From the NCBI GenBank assembly GCA_050293845.1, contig JBNKNM010000075.1, positions 1-23,657 of the forward strand: a stretch of DNA of 23,657 nucleotides. Direction: 5' to 3'. This DNA is from Pseudobacteriovorax sp. (lineage in GTDB: Bacteria; Bdellovibrionota_B; Oligoflexia; Oligoflexales; Oligoflexaceae). Each line of letters starts with the position of its first letter. Position 1 is the stretch's first letter. Shown here one piece after another: positions 8,322-17,140 of this stretch. A program made the position numbers and the translations under genes. The notes under the pieces are model-generated. The model saw only the letters and a program-made list of their open reading frames with translations, was not told where the DNA came from and searched no databases.

Positions 8322-9761
8322 TTACTTTTTTCTTACCATGGCAAGTTGATCGATACGCCCTGGAAACTCGATGCCAAGACCATGAGCCACAGCGCTATAA
8401 ATATCTTTTTCATTTTTAGGACTACTGGGGTCGGGTTCACCTGTTGAGCTGTTAAAGCCAAAAGTAATACCAGTGTTGGCGTCTACACCACCAAATATCC
8501 GATTTCCGTTTAACATAGGAGAAATGAAAATATTGCCATTGTTGAGATGATGACCACTGCCACCAGCAGCTACTTTATCGCGACCAAACTCAGTGGCAAT
8601 ATAAATCATGCTCTTGTCCCACATTTTCCCTTTTGCGGGGTCGCCATCAATATCAGTTGCTTTTAACAAATCGATTAATGCGTCGGTGCCTTTTAAGATA
8701 TAACTCCACATAGAATTTTGCGCACCACGATGATCCACATGGGACCAGTCGAAAGCTATGGGGGGATTCGGTGTACCTTCAGCCTGCACAAGAGGACTTT
8801 GGTTGGGTGAAATAGTAAATGTATTAGACATACCATTTTTTGCTGCTAAAAAGGCTAAAGCCAATTTAGCCTCAAATGGATCTGTAGATAGTGCTGGAAA
8901 CTTTGCAGCCATTGCCTGCATGTCAGCAGATAATCCTGAAGTAATGGCGCTCAGGTCGTAGCTATTGGGGTCCAATAGTACTAATTTACTAATGACATCG
9001 CCCTTTTCGAGCTGACCAACCAGTTGGTCGCGATTGCGGCGGAAAGTGTCTATCAGTAGGTTTTTAGAATTCTTTTTGGCGAAGTGTGACGCATCCTCCA
9101 ACTGTCTTCTCAAAAGTCGGGCTGCAGCAATATCCTGACTCGACATCTCGGTATTGATGCCCTTAAAACCATGGGTTGCAAAGGCGAACATAAGGGGGTC
9201 AGAAATGGGTTCAGCTCTGACACCAATGGGAATCGAATCATCATCACCATTTAAGGCATACCCGCCCCCAGACAGCCCTAAGTTGGGTAGAGGGCAGCCA
9301 TTTCCAAATTGCATGGCGGCTGCTTCAGTAATAGTACGACCTGAATTTACATTGTCTCCCGTAGCCGCTCTTTTGGCTGCGATTATATGATTCACGCTAG
9401 ATACTTCTGATGCCATAACAACAGTATCAGCACCATGCTTGGTTAAAAAAGTAGCCTGGGCATAACCGTTTCCTAAAGGGATAGCGCCTTGGATAGAGTT
9501 ATCAAGCACGGGAGCAGCTGAAAAGACTGAACCATTGACCTGTGTTAGGTTATTGTACGCGGCCGGACCGGTACTTTGGGCGAGAAAACTGTCAATGACA
9601 CTGGCACCGCCAGTCGCGGCGATGACAAACAGAAATTTTTTGTCGTTTCCTTGCGCTTGAATGCTATAGTTATTTCCATAACCAAAGGGAACGGCTCCGA
9701 CAATTGCACCAGCTCCAGTGGCCTTAAGTAATGATCTGCGATTAAATCTTTTTTTTGCCAT
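8322..9761 (-). CDS. Tat-exported DUF1501-like protein
   Basis: Twin-arginine signal FNRRSLLK, FLFVIAATGGAS, FDWSH, C-terminal IYIATEFGR...GSGHH...NRIFGG resembling the DUF1501 EFGR motif. Confidence 0.72.
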   Translation of the reverse strand: MAKKRFNRRSLLKATGAGAIVGAVPFGYGNNYSIQAQGNDKKFLFVIAATGGASVIDSFLAQSTGPAAYNNLTQVNGSVFSAAPVLDNSIQGAIPLGNGYAQATFLTKHGADTVVMASEVSSVNHIIAAKRAATGDNVNSGRTITEAAAMQFGNGCPLPNLGLSGGGYALNGDDDSIPIGVRAEPISDPLMFAFATHGFKGINTEMSSQDIAAARLLRRQLEDASHFAKKNSKNLLIDTFRRNRDQLVGQLEKGDVISKLVLLDPNSYDLSAITSGLSADMQAMAAKFPALSTDPFEAKLALAFLAAKNGMSNTFTISPNQSPLVQAEGTPNPPIAFDWSHVDHRGAQNSMWSYILKGTDALIDLLKATDIDGDPAKGKMWDKSMIYIATEFGRDKVAAGGSGHHLNNGNIFISPMLNGNRIFGGVDANTGITFGFNSSTGEPDPSSPKNEKDIYSAVAHGLGIEFPGRIDQLAMVRKK

Positions 9762-9779
9762 GGTTACTACTCCTCCACC

Positions 9780-10442
9780 CTAAATAAATATGTTTTCAAT
9801 ATGAGAACCAATTGCATAGCACATGGCAATGGCTAAGCTTTTGGGGGAGGTAAAATTATCTTTTGCCGCCGATATTGCTGAAAGCTCTTGTTGAGTAGGT
9901 GTGCGTGCTAATAGGCGCTTATATAGTTCTGTAGCTTGGGCTGTAACAGCCCCCCCATCAGTCCCTGAACCTGTTAAAGCGAAGTGTTTGAATACGGCAG
10001 CTCCCTGCACTCCAGATTGCTCATCCAAATCTGCTCTCTGGGAACAAGCAGATAGTAAGACTCTACTGACAGCAACTGATGTTAAAATAGAAGGGTCTTG
10101 AAGACGCTCATGCTGGGCACTATCGAAAGCTTCATTGCCACCGAGGATAGTTAGATGGACTTTGTCTACGCATGAAAATGAGCCCATTTCGTTACAAAGT
10201 TGATTCTTACTGAGTTCTAGTCCTGCCATTAATCCCTGCTCGAAAGCCCGGTAGCGCTTCCAAACAGTGTTTCCCTTTTTTAAATTTTTAGATGGTTCAA
10301 ACCCTTCGTTAGCACCATCGACCGGCCTTGGGGTATGGGAATTATTGGAACTCCCCCCACCAAACCCGCCAAATATTTTATTATTGGTACATCCTGATAG
10401 ACCTAATGTGGCGGTAACCGCTATTAGTACACGAAATTTCAT
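9780..10442 (-). CDS. hypothetical lipoprotein
   Basis: Lipobox LSG-C. LYKRLLARTPTQQE helix resembles DUF1595-like segments. ATGA overlap with the upstream gene indicates translational coupling. Confidence 0.8.
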   Translation of the reverse strand: MKFRVLIAVTATLGLSGCTNNKIFGGFGGGSSNNSHTPRPVDGANEGFEPSKNLKKGNTVWKRYRAFEQGLMAGLELSKNQLCNEMGSFSCVDKVHLTILGGNEAFDSAQHERLQDPSILTSVAVSRVLLSACSQRADLDEQSGVQGAAVFKHFALTGSGTDGGAVTAQATELYKRLLARTPTQQELSAISAAKDNFTSPKSLAIAMCYAIGSHIENIFI

Positions 10443-11782
10443 TCTATGATCCCCCCGAATGCATTCGTATCAATAAAGCTGTGAATCATCTTATTTACGG
10501 AGTATCCCTGTGTTGGCAGGTCGCGCCAAAGGGCATCATACTCCGCTACTTCATGGGGAAATGGCTTTCTGTTGAGCGTGGACTCCCAGATCATATTAAC
10601 GACATTCTTTTTAAAAGCATCCGACTCGCGGGCTATGGCGGCCCATTCTAGTAAATCCTGAACTGACTGACCGAAAATGACTCCGTCGCCTCCCCAGGGT
10701 GTGCGTCCGTCATCATAGGTACCAATATTGTTAAAGAGTAGGCCAATACCCACTTCGATGCCCTGGTAGCTTGCAAAAGAATAGGCTAGGGGATCTAGTG
10801 TTGAATGGCATACAGCACAGGCTGGTTGAGCTATATTCTTATTGTCGACATCACGAGGTTCTCCGGGTACCGGGATGATTCCCTCGCCCTTTGCCAGATC
10901 CAGTCCGAGGTAAGCTCTATAGGCCATGGACGCTGTATTTCGTGGTAGAGCAGCAAACATGGTATTATTGGAAATGAACCACTGGGTTGTGATCATCCCC
11001 GCGCGTCTTTCTGGGGCTAAAGGTTGTCCGCCGGCAATGACTATCCTTTCACCAACTTGAAACTGTTCTTCTCTGGCGATGGTACCTTCAACTTTATTAT
11101 AGTTTTCGTCAACATGATATTGGGCACCAAGTAGGTCACGAACATCGCGATCCCCAGACATGACATAGGAAAAAAGCCGATAGTCAAAACGATAGTCGCC
11201 AATAACAACTTGGCCACCGTAGCCGACCGTGCTAAGCGGTTGTATTTTTTTGTCGGCAATGCGCTGGAGCGCTTCCTTAATCCAATAATCGCTGGCTAGA
11301 CACTTATCCAGTGTACTATGAAGGAAGGACTTGGGATCAGCACTCGACTCTAAGGAAGTGGCTTCGGTGTAAGTTAAGCTTTCACCGCAGTATACTGATT
11401 TAATACGCTTGAGAGCCATAAGAGGATCATATTTAATAGCTACCTCAGATGCAGGCTTGATATCTGAATTACCGGGGTGTGAGTTTGATAATATTTCCAC
11501 TTTGTTGCTAGCACCATCACCATCGCTATCTAAATTTTCAACGGTATTCAATGCAGCGTAAAGCTGATTGGCTAAATCCCCACCAACTTCCTTTTGAATG
11601 GCCTCCCCATAGCCATTAAGGGAAGGGGGTGCATTGTGGCAAGCCGTACAAGATTTTTCTTGATCCACACAGAAAGTGGAAGCTTCATATTTTTGACAAA
11701 ATATTTGTACTGCGCTAGGGCTAGCAAATAGGGGAGTATTGCAAAATACCAATACAATTCCCCATCCAATGAGATATCTCAT
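10439..11782 (-). CDS. secreted diheme c-type cytochrome-domain protein (DUF1588/DUF1585-like C-terminus)
   Basis: Signal peptide, CTACH then LNGYG, Ca-binding-like LDSDGDGASNKVE, RAGMITT, CAVCHSTLDPLAYSF. AAGGAG RBS. Confidence 0.8.
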   Translation of the reverse strand: MRYLIGWGIVLVFCNTPLFASPSAVQIFCQKYEASTFCVDQEKSCTACHNAPPSLNGYGEAIQKEVGGDLANQLYAALNTVENLDSDGDGASNKVEILSNSHPGNSDIKPASEVAIKYDPLMALKRIKSVYCGESLTYTEATSLESSADPKSFLHSTLDKCLASDYWIKEALQRIADKKIQPLSTVGYGGQVVIGDYRFDYRLFSYVMSGDRDVRDLLGAQYHVDENYNKVEGTIAREEQFQVGERIVIAGGQPLAPERRAGMITTQWFISNNTMFAALPRNTASMAYRAYLGLDLAKGEGIIPVPGEPRDVDNKNIAQPACAVCHSTLDPLAYSFASYQGIEVGIGLLFNNIGTYDDGRTPWGGDGVIFGQSVQDLLEWAAIARESDAFKKNVVNMIWESTLNRKPFPHEVAEYDALWRDLPTQGYSVNKMIHSFIDTNAFGGIIE

Positions 11783-11924
11783 TTAATGGTCTCCTTGACT
11801 GATGGTTTTGCAATTTAATAAGTATTGCAGCTAAAGCATCGTTGCAATTCCTTGATATTATTTATTAGAGCTAAACATTGTGTCTCATACATTGGTGATA
11901 CCCCTCGTAATACCGTTACGGTCA

Positions 11925-11952
11925 GTATCGGCTCTAACAGCAGGAGTCTTTA
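11925..11952 (-). promoter_or_regulatory. sigma28 (FliA)-like promoter of the 11782-8322 operon
   Basis: Minus strand TAAAGACT-N12-GCCGATAC, close to consensus TAAAGTTT-N11-GCCGATAA. Confidence 0.6.
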
Positions 11953-12223
11953 GGTGAAAAATCTTAAAATTTTTAAAATGGATAAAAAAGGGGGTATTGC
12001 GAACTTAACCATCTGTTTATAGATATAATTTTATTATTTTTTTGAAAAATGAAAAGAAATTTTTTCTTAAAATTGAAATGATTACCAAGTTGCATAGTTT
12101 TAAACTTAGTCGTGTGAGGACGTCACTGAGGTGATGCGAATAAATGCAGCTCCGAACTTTTCAGATACAGCTTGCCGGCCTTTGGCAAGCTAGAATGTTC
12201 TAACTTTCGCAGATGAAAGGGCT

Positions 12224-12613
12224 TTATTCGGCTTCCCCAGTACTCGTGGCTTCAGCACTAAGTAGAAGTCCAGGGTCATCCTCGAAACTTTCATCAGGGT
12301 AGAATTGATTACGGCCTTCAGCAACAACTAGACACTGTTTAAAAAATGCTGTTCCTTTTCTAAACCCATTATCGATACAAAAGTTCTCAGGATCAATTTC
12401 AGTAGCAATTTGCTCTGCATCGATCAGCTTAGATACGGGATCGTCTTTTGGCAGAGATTGTACGATTTCATCTAAATTCCCTCCTTCGAGGGCCAGACAG
12501 TGGGCAAAACTTTCGGTGCCTGCCGGATAGCCAACACTTTCACAACGTTCTTCAGGGGTGAGACCGATGACACAACCCATCAAAGATATCGAAAAAAGTA
12601 TGAATTTGAACAT
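12224..12613 (-). CDS. small lipoprotein with a duplicated Cys motif
   Basis: Lipobox LMG-C, AGGAGG RBS, two copies of C-x3-G-[YF]-x2-GT-x2-F-x2-CL. Confidence 0.85.
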   Translation of the reverse strand: MFKFILFSISLMGCVIGLTPEERCESVGYPAGTESFAHCLALEGGNLDEIVQSLPKDDPVSKLIDAEQIATEIDPENFCIDNGFRKGTAFFKQCLVVAEGRNQFYPDESFEDDPGLLLSAEATSTGEAE

Positions 12614-12838
12614 AGCAACCTCCTCTCACACGAACCATCGGCGGAAATACAGAAAATTAACCTTGTCTTGTTTTCAGCAGGTTTATTCGCTAGCTTACAG
12701 AGATCTAATTGCTGAGATATTTAACCCATCGATTCTAGTTTTTTTATCATACTCTCTAAGTTACTAAACTTGCTAGTCATAACTTTTAACCTGTTATAGG
12801 GGAATATCCTTACAGTCATGGCTGTTTTTGCCGAAGTG

Positions 12839-14038
12839 CTACCAATCTCCATATAGATGCAAAATACCTAAAATATCTTTGACAGAGCGACTACCGGTTT
12901 CACTACGTTGCCAAAGCTCAAACTGGATACCGGGTATGGGATGCATATCGACAAAGAAACTTCTACGTCTGTTGTTTCGGGTATCGTCTACAAGCTCTTC
13001 CCATACAACCCCAGCAGTAAAACCAGTAATTTGAGCAAATGCTAAGGTATATTCAGTAATAGTAGAGCCAGGGTGGACATATAAAGCTTCGGTTTCAGTA
13101 GTTTTTGTTGAGACACGGCGCCAGTTTCGTTCTCCATAGATGAGGGTTTTGAAAATATTAGCTCCTGCACCAAACGCTTTCATTTTGATCTTGTGATAAT
13201 CAGAGCTTGTATTCCAAGTACTACCATTTAAATGCCAACCAAGGGTGACCCCGCGAACCCCCCCATGAAATGAATGACCTTTTTGGCGAAAAGGTTTTTC
13301 CACATAGGGGTCACCTAGCATCTGTGAATACCGAAAAAATGGCACATTAGGGGTACCGCCTATTTCCCAAGCATCTGTTGTCGCAAATTGATCCAAGCCA
13401 ATACGTTGCCTGATCCATAAACTGTGGTTGGGGCGCTTGATACCATACATAGGAGTTCCCCGATAATAGCGGATATAGGTATTTAATGGTAATGCATCGA
13501 CCATAACAGCGTACTTTTCTCGGAATCGTCGATCACCTTCATTAACCAAGCGAAAGAGCTGGTCTTCTATACGGCCTAACAGGAGGGCTTGGTAGGAGAT
13601 GTGGAGATAGTTAATAAATGGCCGCAAGCGAATACCAGGCTCAAGACTCATAGGAAATGTAGTCCGTTCGCCATTGGCCTTATCCCATTGCATTATGCGA
13701 GTATCGATATGTATATCAAAACGACTGGTATCCTGTAGGGGGTCGATGGGCTCAATATAATGGAATAATGAAGACTGGTCTTGTGAATAATAGTACCCCC
13801 ATTGGTTGCGAGGACCGGCTCCAGTAGGGTCTACATGACACCCTTGGCAATCCAAGGAACAGCGGCGCTCTAAAAAAGGTCGTTGACCGCGTCCAGGCTT
13901 ATGACAGCCACCACAGTTTTGGGCCTCCCTTAATGCTAATAGGGGAGTGGCATGGGCTTGGTAAGAAGAGCTAAAGTACCATAAGCTGAAAATGAATAAT
14001 TGCCAATGACTCAGCGTTGGTTTCGTGAATAAACTCAT
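12839..14038 (-). CDS. diheme cytochrome c fused to a probable outer-membrane beta-barrel (Cyc2-like architecture)
   Basis: Signal peptide ending AHA, CGGCH (aa 42-46) and CQGCH (aa 64-68), then HVDPTGAGPRNQWGYYY. The remainder has amphipathic strands and ends ILHLYGDW (terminal aromatic residue). Confidence 0.75.
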   Translation of the reverse strand: MSLFTKPTLSHWQLFIFSLWYFSSSYQAHATPLLALREAQNCGGCHKPGRGQRPFLERRCSLDCQGCHVDPTGAGPRNQWGYYYSQDQSSLFHYIEPIDPLQDTSRFDIHIDTRIMQWDKANGERTTFPMSLEPGIRLRPFINYLHISYQALLLGRIEDQLFRLVNEGDRRFREKYAVMVDALPLNTYIRYYRGTPMYGIKRPNHSLWIRQRIGLDQFATTDAWEIGGTPNVPFFRYSQMLGDPYVEKPFRQKGHSFHGGVRGVTLGWHLNGSTWNTSSDYHKIKMKAFGAGANIFKTLIYGERNWRRVSTKTTETEALYVHPGSTITEYTLAFAQITGFTAGVVWEELVDDTRNNRRRSFFVDMHPIPGIQFELWQRSETGSRSVKDILGILHLYGDW

Positions 14039-14083
14039 GCTAAACTTCCGTAATACTGAATAAAATAAACAGGGGTTTTTACT

Positions 14084-14512
14084 ATCATACTATCTTTTGA
14101 AAGAATCTCGATCATATTCATCACAATATTGCTTTTTGGATGCAGTTTAGAACCAAGAGGTTTGCGGCCAGTGCGAGCACATGAGTTTAATATCGCTGGA
14201 GTATCCCACGCATTTCCCATGGATCGGGCTAATCGATACTGTAGCTATTGTCATGGAATCAATTTAGATGGTGGTGAAAAGGGAGAACCTTCATGCTATA
14301 AATGCCATGGACGCCGCTGGCCTCATCTATCTGAGGACGAAGTTTTCGCCACTGAGGACCATACAGAAGTAAAAGGTGAACGGTATCGGCATGACCCCCA
14401 ATTTCAGAGCCCGATAGGAACCTGCGATAATTGCCATGGTTCTAGTTTAGAAGGAAGTAGTGAAGATAATACGCCAAGTTGCTTTCTGTGCCATGAGCAG
14501 CTATGGCCATGA
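14084..14512 (+). CDS. tetraheme c-type cytochrome lipoprotein; start uncertain (ORF track TTG 14129)
   Basis: CSYCH, CYKCH, CDNCH, CFLCH. The frame upstream of 14129 stays open to TAA 14066 and encodes RISIIFITILLFG-C, a lipoprotein signal. Confidence 0.85.
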   Translation: MILSFERISIIFITILLFGCSLEPRGLRPVRAHEFNIAGVSHAFPMDRANRYCSYCHGINLDGGEKGEPSCYKCHGRRWPHLSEDEVFATEDHTEVKGERYRHDPQFQSPIGTCDNCHGSSLEGSSEDNTPSCFLCHEQLWP

Positions 14513-14536
14513 AAAGCGTTGAAAAAATAAGGGAAA

Positions 14537-15136
14537 GTGCTATGTCTTTATCCAAATTTTGACGAGGCACCTGTGGCTAGCGACTCCCAACATAAAGATC
14601 GAATTATATTCATTTTTAACAAGCTTTTCAAAGATACCTATCGAACAGTGTTAATGGACGGACCCGCAGAGCCCCTATATGTTCCAGCTCCATCTCCCGA
14701 AGAATACCATCTTATATACTTTGCACATGGATTTTGGAACAGTGCTCTTCACGAAATCGCCCACTGGTGTATCGCCGGTCGTTCACGTCGTTGTTTGGAA
14801 GACTATGGTTATTGGTACAAGCCCGATGGGCGCAATCTCAGTGAGCAGGTTCTGTTTGAAAAGGTTGAGCGAAAACCACAGGCTTTGGAGTGGATGTTTA
14901 CCGTGTGTATGCAACAGCCTTTTTTTCTTTCAGTTGACAATCTCAGCGGCGGTATTGCGGCTCCTAGTAAGAATTTTCGCGAAGCGGTGAGGGATGCTGT
15001 CCTTGATTATCTGCAAGGGGGTCTCCCCGAGCGGGCACAGCAGTTCTTATGGGCCTTACAGAGTGAATTCAAAAGTGAATTGTTTTACAAGGAATTTTGC
15101 CGGCAAGTTCGCTCTAAGAAGCTACTCCCAAGTTGA
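14537..15136 (+). CDS. epmC: elongation factor P hydroxylase (EpmC/YfcM)
   Basis: EPLYVPA, IYFAHGFWNSALHEIAHWCIAG, RR-x-LEDYGYWYKPDGR, FEKVERKPQALEW, SVDNL. Confidence 0.93.
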   Translation: MLCLYPNFDEAPVASDSQHKDRIIFIFNKLFKDTYRTVLMDGPAEPLYVPAPSPEEYHLIYFAHGFWNSALHEIAHWCIAGRSRRCLEDYGYWYKPDGRNLSEQVLFEKVERKPQALEWMFTVCMQQPFFLSVDNLSGGIAAPSKNFREAVRDAVLDYLQGGLPERAQQFLWALQSEFKSELFYKEFCRQVRSKKLLPS

Positions 15137-15271
15137 TTTAAAAGGAGGTTCGTCCCAATGAAATTCGTATGATGGTGGAGAAAGGGTTAATTTTCGTGAA
15201 TCTTTCTTGAATTTTTGATAGTAATACTAAGTTCCTAGAGAGCGAGAAGCAAGGTATGTCGTAAGGGCTTA

Positions 15272-17014
15272 TTGTTAGGGCTTTGCGGTCTAGACGTTGC
15301 AATGGGCAATCATTCATTGGAAAGGGTAATGATTTCATTGAGCAGTAATCCTTCTAAACAGGACGTTCCCAAAAGTCAGAGTAAGCGTCCCTATCGGTCA
15401 AAGACCAATTCTAAAAAAGCTCGTAACAATTCATTAGCGATTACCGCAAGGGGTCGAACCAAGCATTTGAACGAGGCGATTCCGAATGGAACCTATATTG
15501 CTTTTGATATAGAAACCACAGGAGGGAATCCTGAGCGTAACGGAATTACTGAAATTTTTGCTTTGCGTTATAAAAGTGGAAGGGTTATCGATACATTCAG
15601 CAGTATGGTAAACCCTAAGGTACCTATCCCTCCTATTGTAAGAAGAATGACTGGGATCACCAATAAAATGGTGAAGGATGCACCACTAATTGAAGAGGTG
15701 ATGCCTGGCTTTGTCGAGTTTATCAAGGATGATGTGCTAGTAAGTCACAATACAATAGGGGATATGAAGTTTATTCGCTATTTTTCCGAAAAAGTTACCG
15801 GTAGAATGGTATCTAATTACTATCTTTGTACGCATCTCCTAGTGGAGAAGCTGGTGCAAGAAGCTCCAGATAAATCCTTAAAGGGCCTAGCAGAATTTTT
15901 TAATCTCCCGGCTGATCAAAAATTACACCGTGCAAAAGCCGACGCCTATCTCACCTTAGAGTTGTTTAAATGCCTACAAAAGAAGATGCTTGAGAAGGGT
16001 GTTGATAAGGTCATCGATGGTATTCGCTTTCAAGGAGATTACGAGTCTGGAATGCGATTAGGTTGGGGTATCGAACCTGAAGTTATCAAGAATCTCCCTG
16101 AAACTACGGGGGTATTTTATTTATATGATTACTTAGGAAACCTCACTTTTCTATCTTCAGCAAGCAATATCGCTAAAGAGGTTAGAAAACTCCAGCGCTT
16201 TTCGAGTCTGCCCAAGCAACTCTTGAAGTCTGTTCTCGCGAGTACAGATGTTCGCTATGCTGAAACCACGACTTCCTTCGCAGCAGCAATGGCCGAGGCA
16301 GAAGGGGTCAAAGAACACCGCTTACGCTTCGATCCTGCCAATTGGCATCAAAGAACAGCAAATTTTTTGTTTATTAAAAGCGAAGATGAAGGGTTTCGGG
16401 TAGCTACAGGACCATTAAGTCACGATGTGTTTTTTGCCCTTGGCCCTATCCGTGGCGGCAGGGAAGTTAGCATCTTACTCGAAAACCTGGCTCAGACATT
16501 CGAAAAGAAGGTCACTAAAAAAGGCCTAAGATTGAGTGATAAGGAAGGTAAGGTTCTCGTTGATTTCCTTCAAGGAGCGCCAAAGAAAATGACTTTACTA
16601 GACAGCCTTATTCATTTGTTGCCTCGGTTTTTTTCCAGCGAGCGTATCAAAGAGCTACAGACGAAATTGAAAAGCATAGGACTCCCCAAGGAGCTTCACA
16701 AATTGGAATCCTGCTCCGGAGTTGTAGCGGTACCTCGGGATGATGCCTGGCATGTCTATACTGTCGTTGCCGGATTACCTCAGGATGAGATTATTATCCA
16801 CGGTGACCTCGTTCAGGAGCTTCATAAGAATCGTTTGAATATTAAGCTTTACAAAAAGATAAAACGAGGCATTCATTCTGTCAGACAGAAGAAGCGGAGT
16901 ATCATTCCTTTCGGAAATGCAGTCATCATGAATCGTATGTTTTGGTGGGCATATTTTGGTAACCGACACGAGAATATACGTGTTTTTCATGTGGAAGACT
17001 TAACCGATCTTTGA
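15272..17014 (+). CDS. DEDDh 3'-5' exonuclease (DnaQ/PolC-like) fused to a degenerate UvrC-type GIY-YIG domain
   Basis: ExoI AFDIETTG, ExoII SHNTIGD, ExoIII HRAKADA, then LPETTGVFYLYD. Real start probably at 15302, 15329 or 15338. Confidence 0.88.
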   Translation: MLGLCGLDVAMGNHSLERVMISLSSNPSKQDVPKSQSKRPYRSKTNSKKARNNSLAITARGRTKHLNEAIPNGTYIAFDIETTGGNPERNGITEIFALRYKSGRVIDTFSSMVNPKVPIPPIVRRMTGITNKMVKDAPLIEEVMPGFVEFIKDDVLVSHNTIGDMKFIRYFSEKVTGRMVSNYYLCTHLLVEKLVQEAPDKSLKGLAEFFNLPADQKLHRAKADAYLTLELFKCLQKKMLEKGVDKVIDGIRFQGDYESGMRLGWGIEPEVIKNLPETTGVFYLYDYLGNLTFLSSASNIAKEVRKLQRFSSLPKQLLKSVLASTDVRYAETTTSFAAAMAEAEGVKEHRLRFDPANWHQRTANFLFIKSEDEGFRVATGPLSHDVFFALGPIRGGREVSILLENLAQTFEKKVTKKGLRLSDKEGKVLVDFLQGAPKKMTLLDSLIHLLPRFFSSERIKELQTKLKSIGLPKELHKLESCSGVVAVPRDDAWHVYTVVAGLPQDEIIIHGDLVQELHKNRLNIKLYKKIKRGIHSVRQKKRSIIPFGNAVIMNRMFWWAYFGNRHENIRVFHVEDLTDL

Positions 17015-17106
17015 GTTAACTAGTCTATGATCCCTTTGCTTAGCTCGAGTTTGATTCATTCTAAGCGAAATAAGCTCTTGTCTCCTTTGGTAAATAGAAA
17101 TTATGT

Positions 17107-17140
17107 AAATTGGCTCCCCTCTGGAGAGTCAGTTTATTAA
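17107..17140 (+). terminator. possible intrinsic terminator after the exonuclease gene
   Basis: AAATTGGCTC...GAGTCAGTTT stem (two G-U pairs) ending in TTTATT. Confidence 0.4.

Noticed and set aside
11955..12110. Very AT-rich tract as possible origin or mobile-element scar
   Set aside because: No DnaA boxes, iterons or terminal repeats; consistent with promoter-upstream DNA.
12169..12191. Hairpin AGCTTGCC-N7-GGCAAGCT as terminator of 12224..12613
   Set aside because: The 8-bp stem is real but there is no U-tract on either strand, so I did not call it.
12839..14038. Naming the gene cyc2 (iron oxidase)
   Set aside because: The architecture is similar, but it has two hemes and lacks the P-x-FARQ motif. 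Orthology and function are unsupported without a search.
14679..15338. ORFs 14679..14990(+) and 15138..15338(-)
   Set aside because: The first lies inside epmC in another frame. The second is a motif-less ORF over a promoter region.
15272..17014. Naming the gene dnaQ, polC or uvrC
   Set aside because: It has only the exonuclease domain plus a degenerate GIY-YIG domain, with no polymerase or UvrC C-terminal domains.
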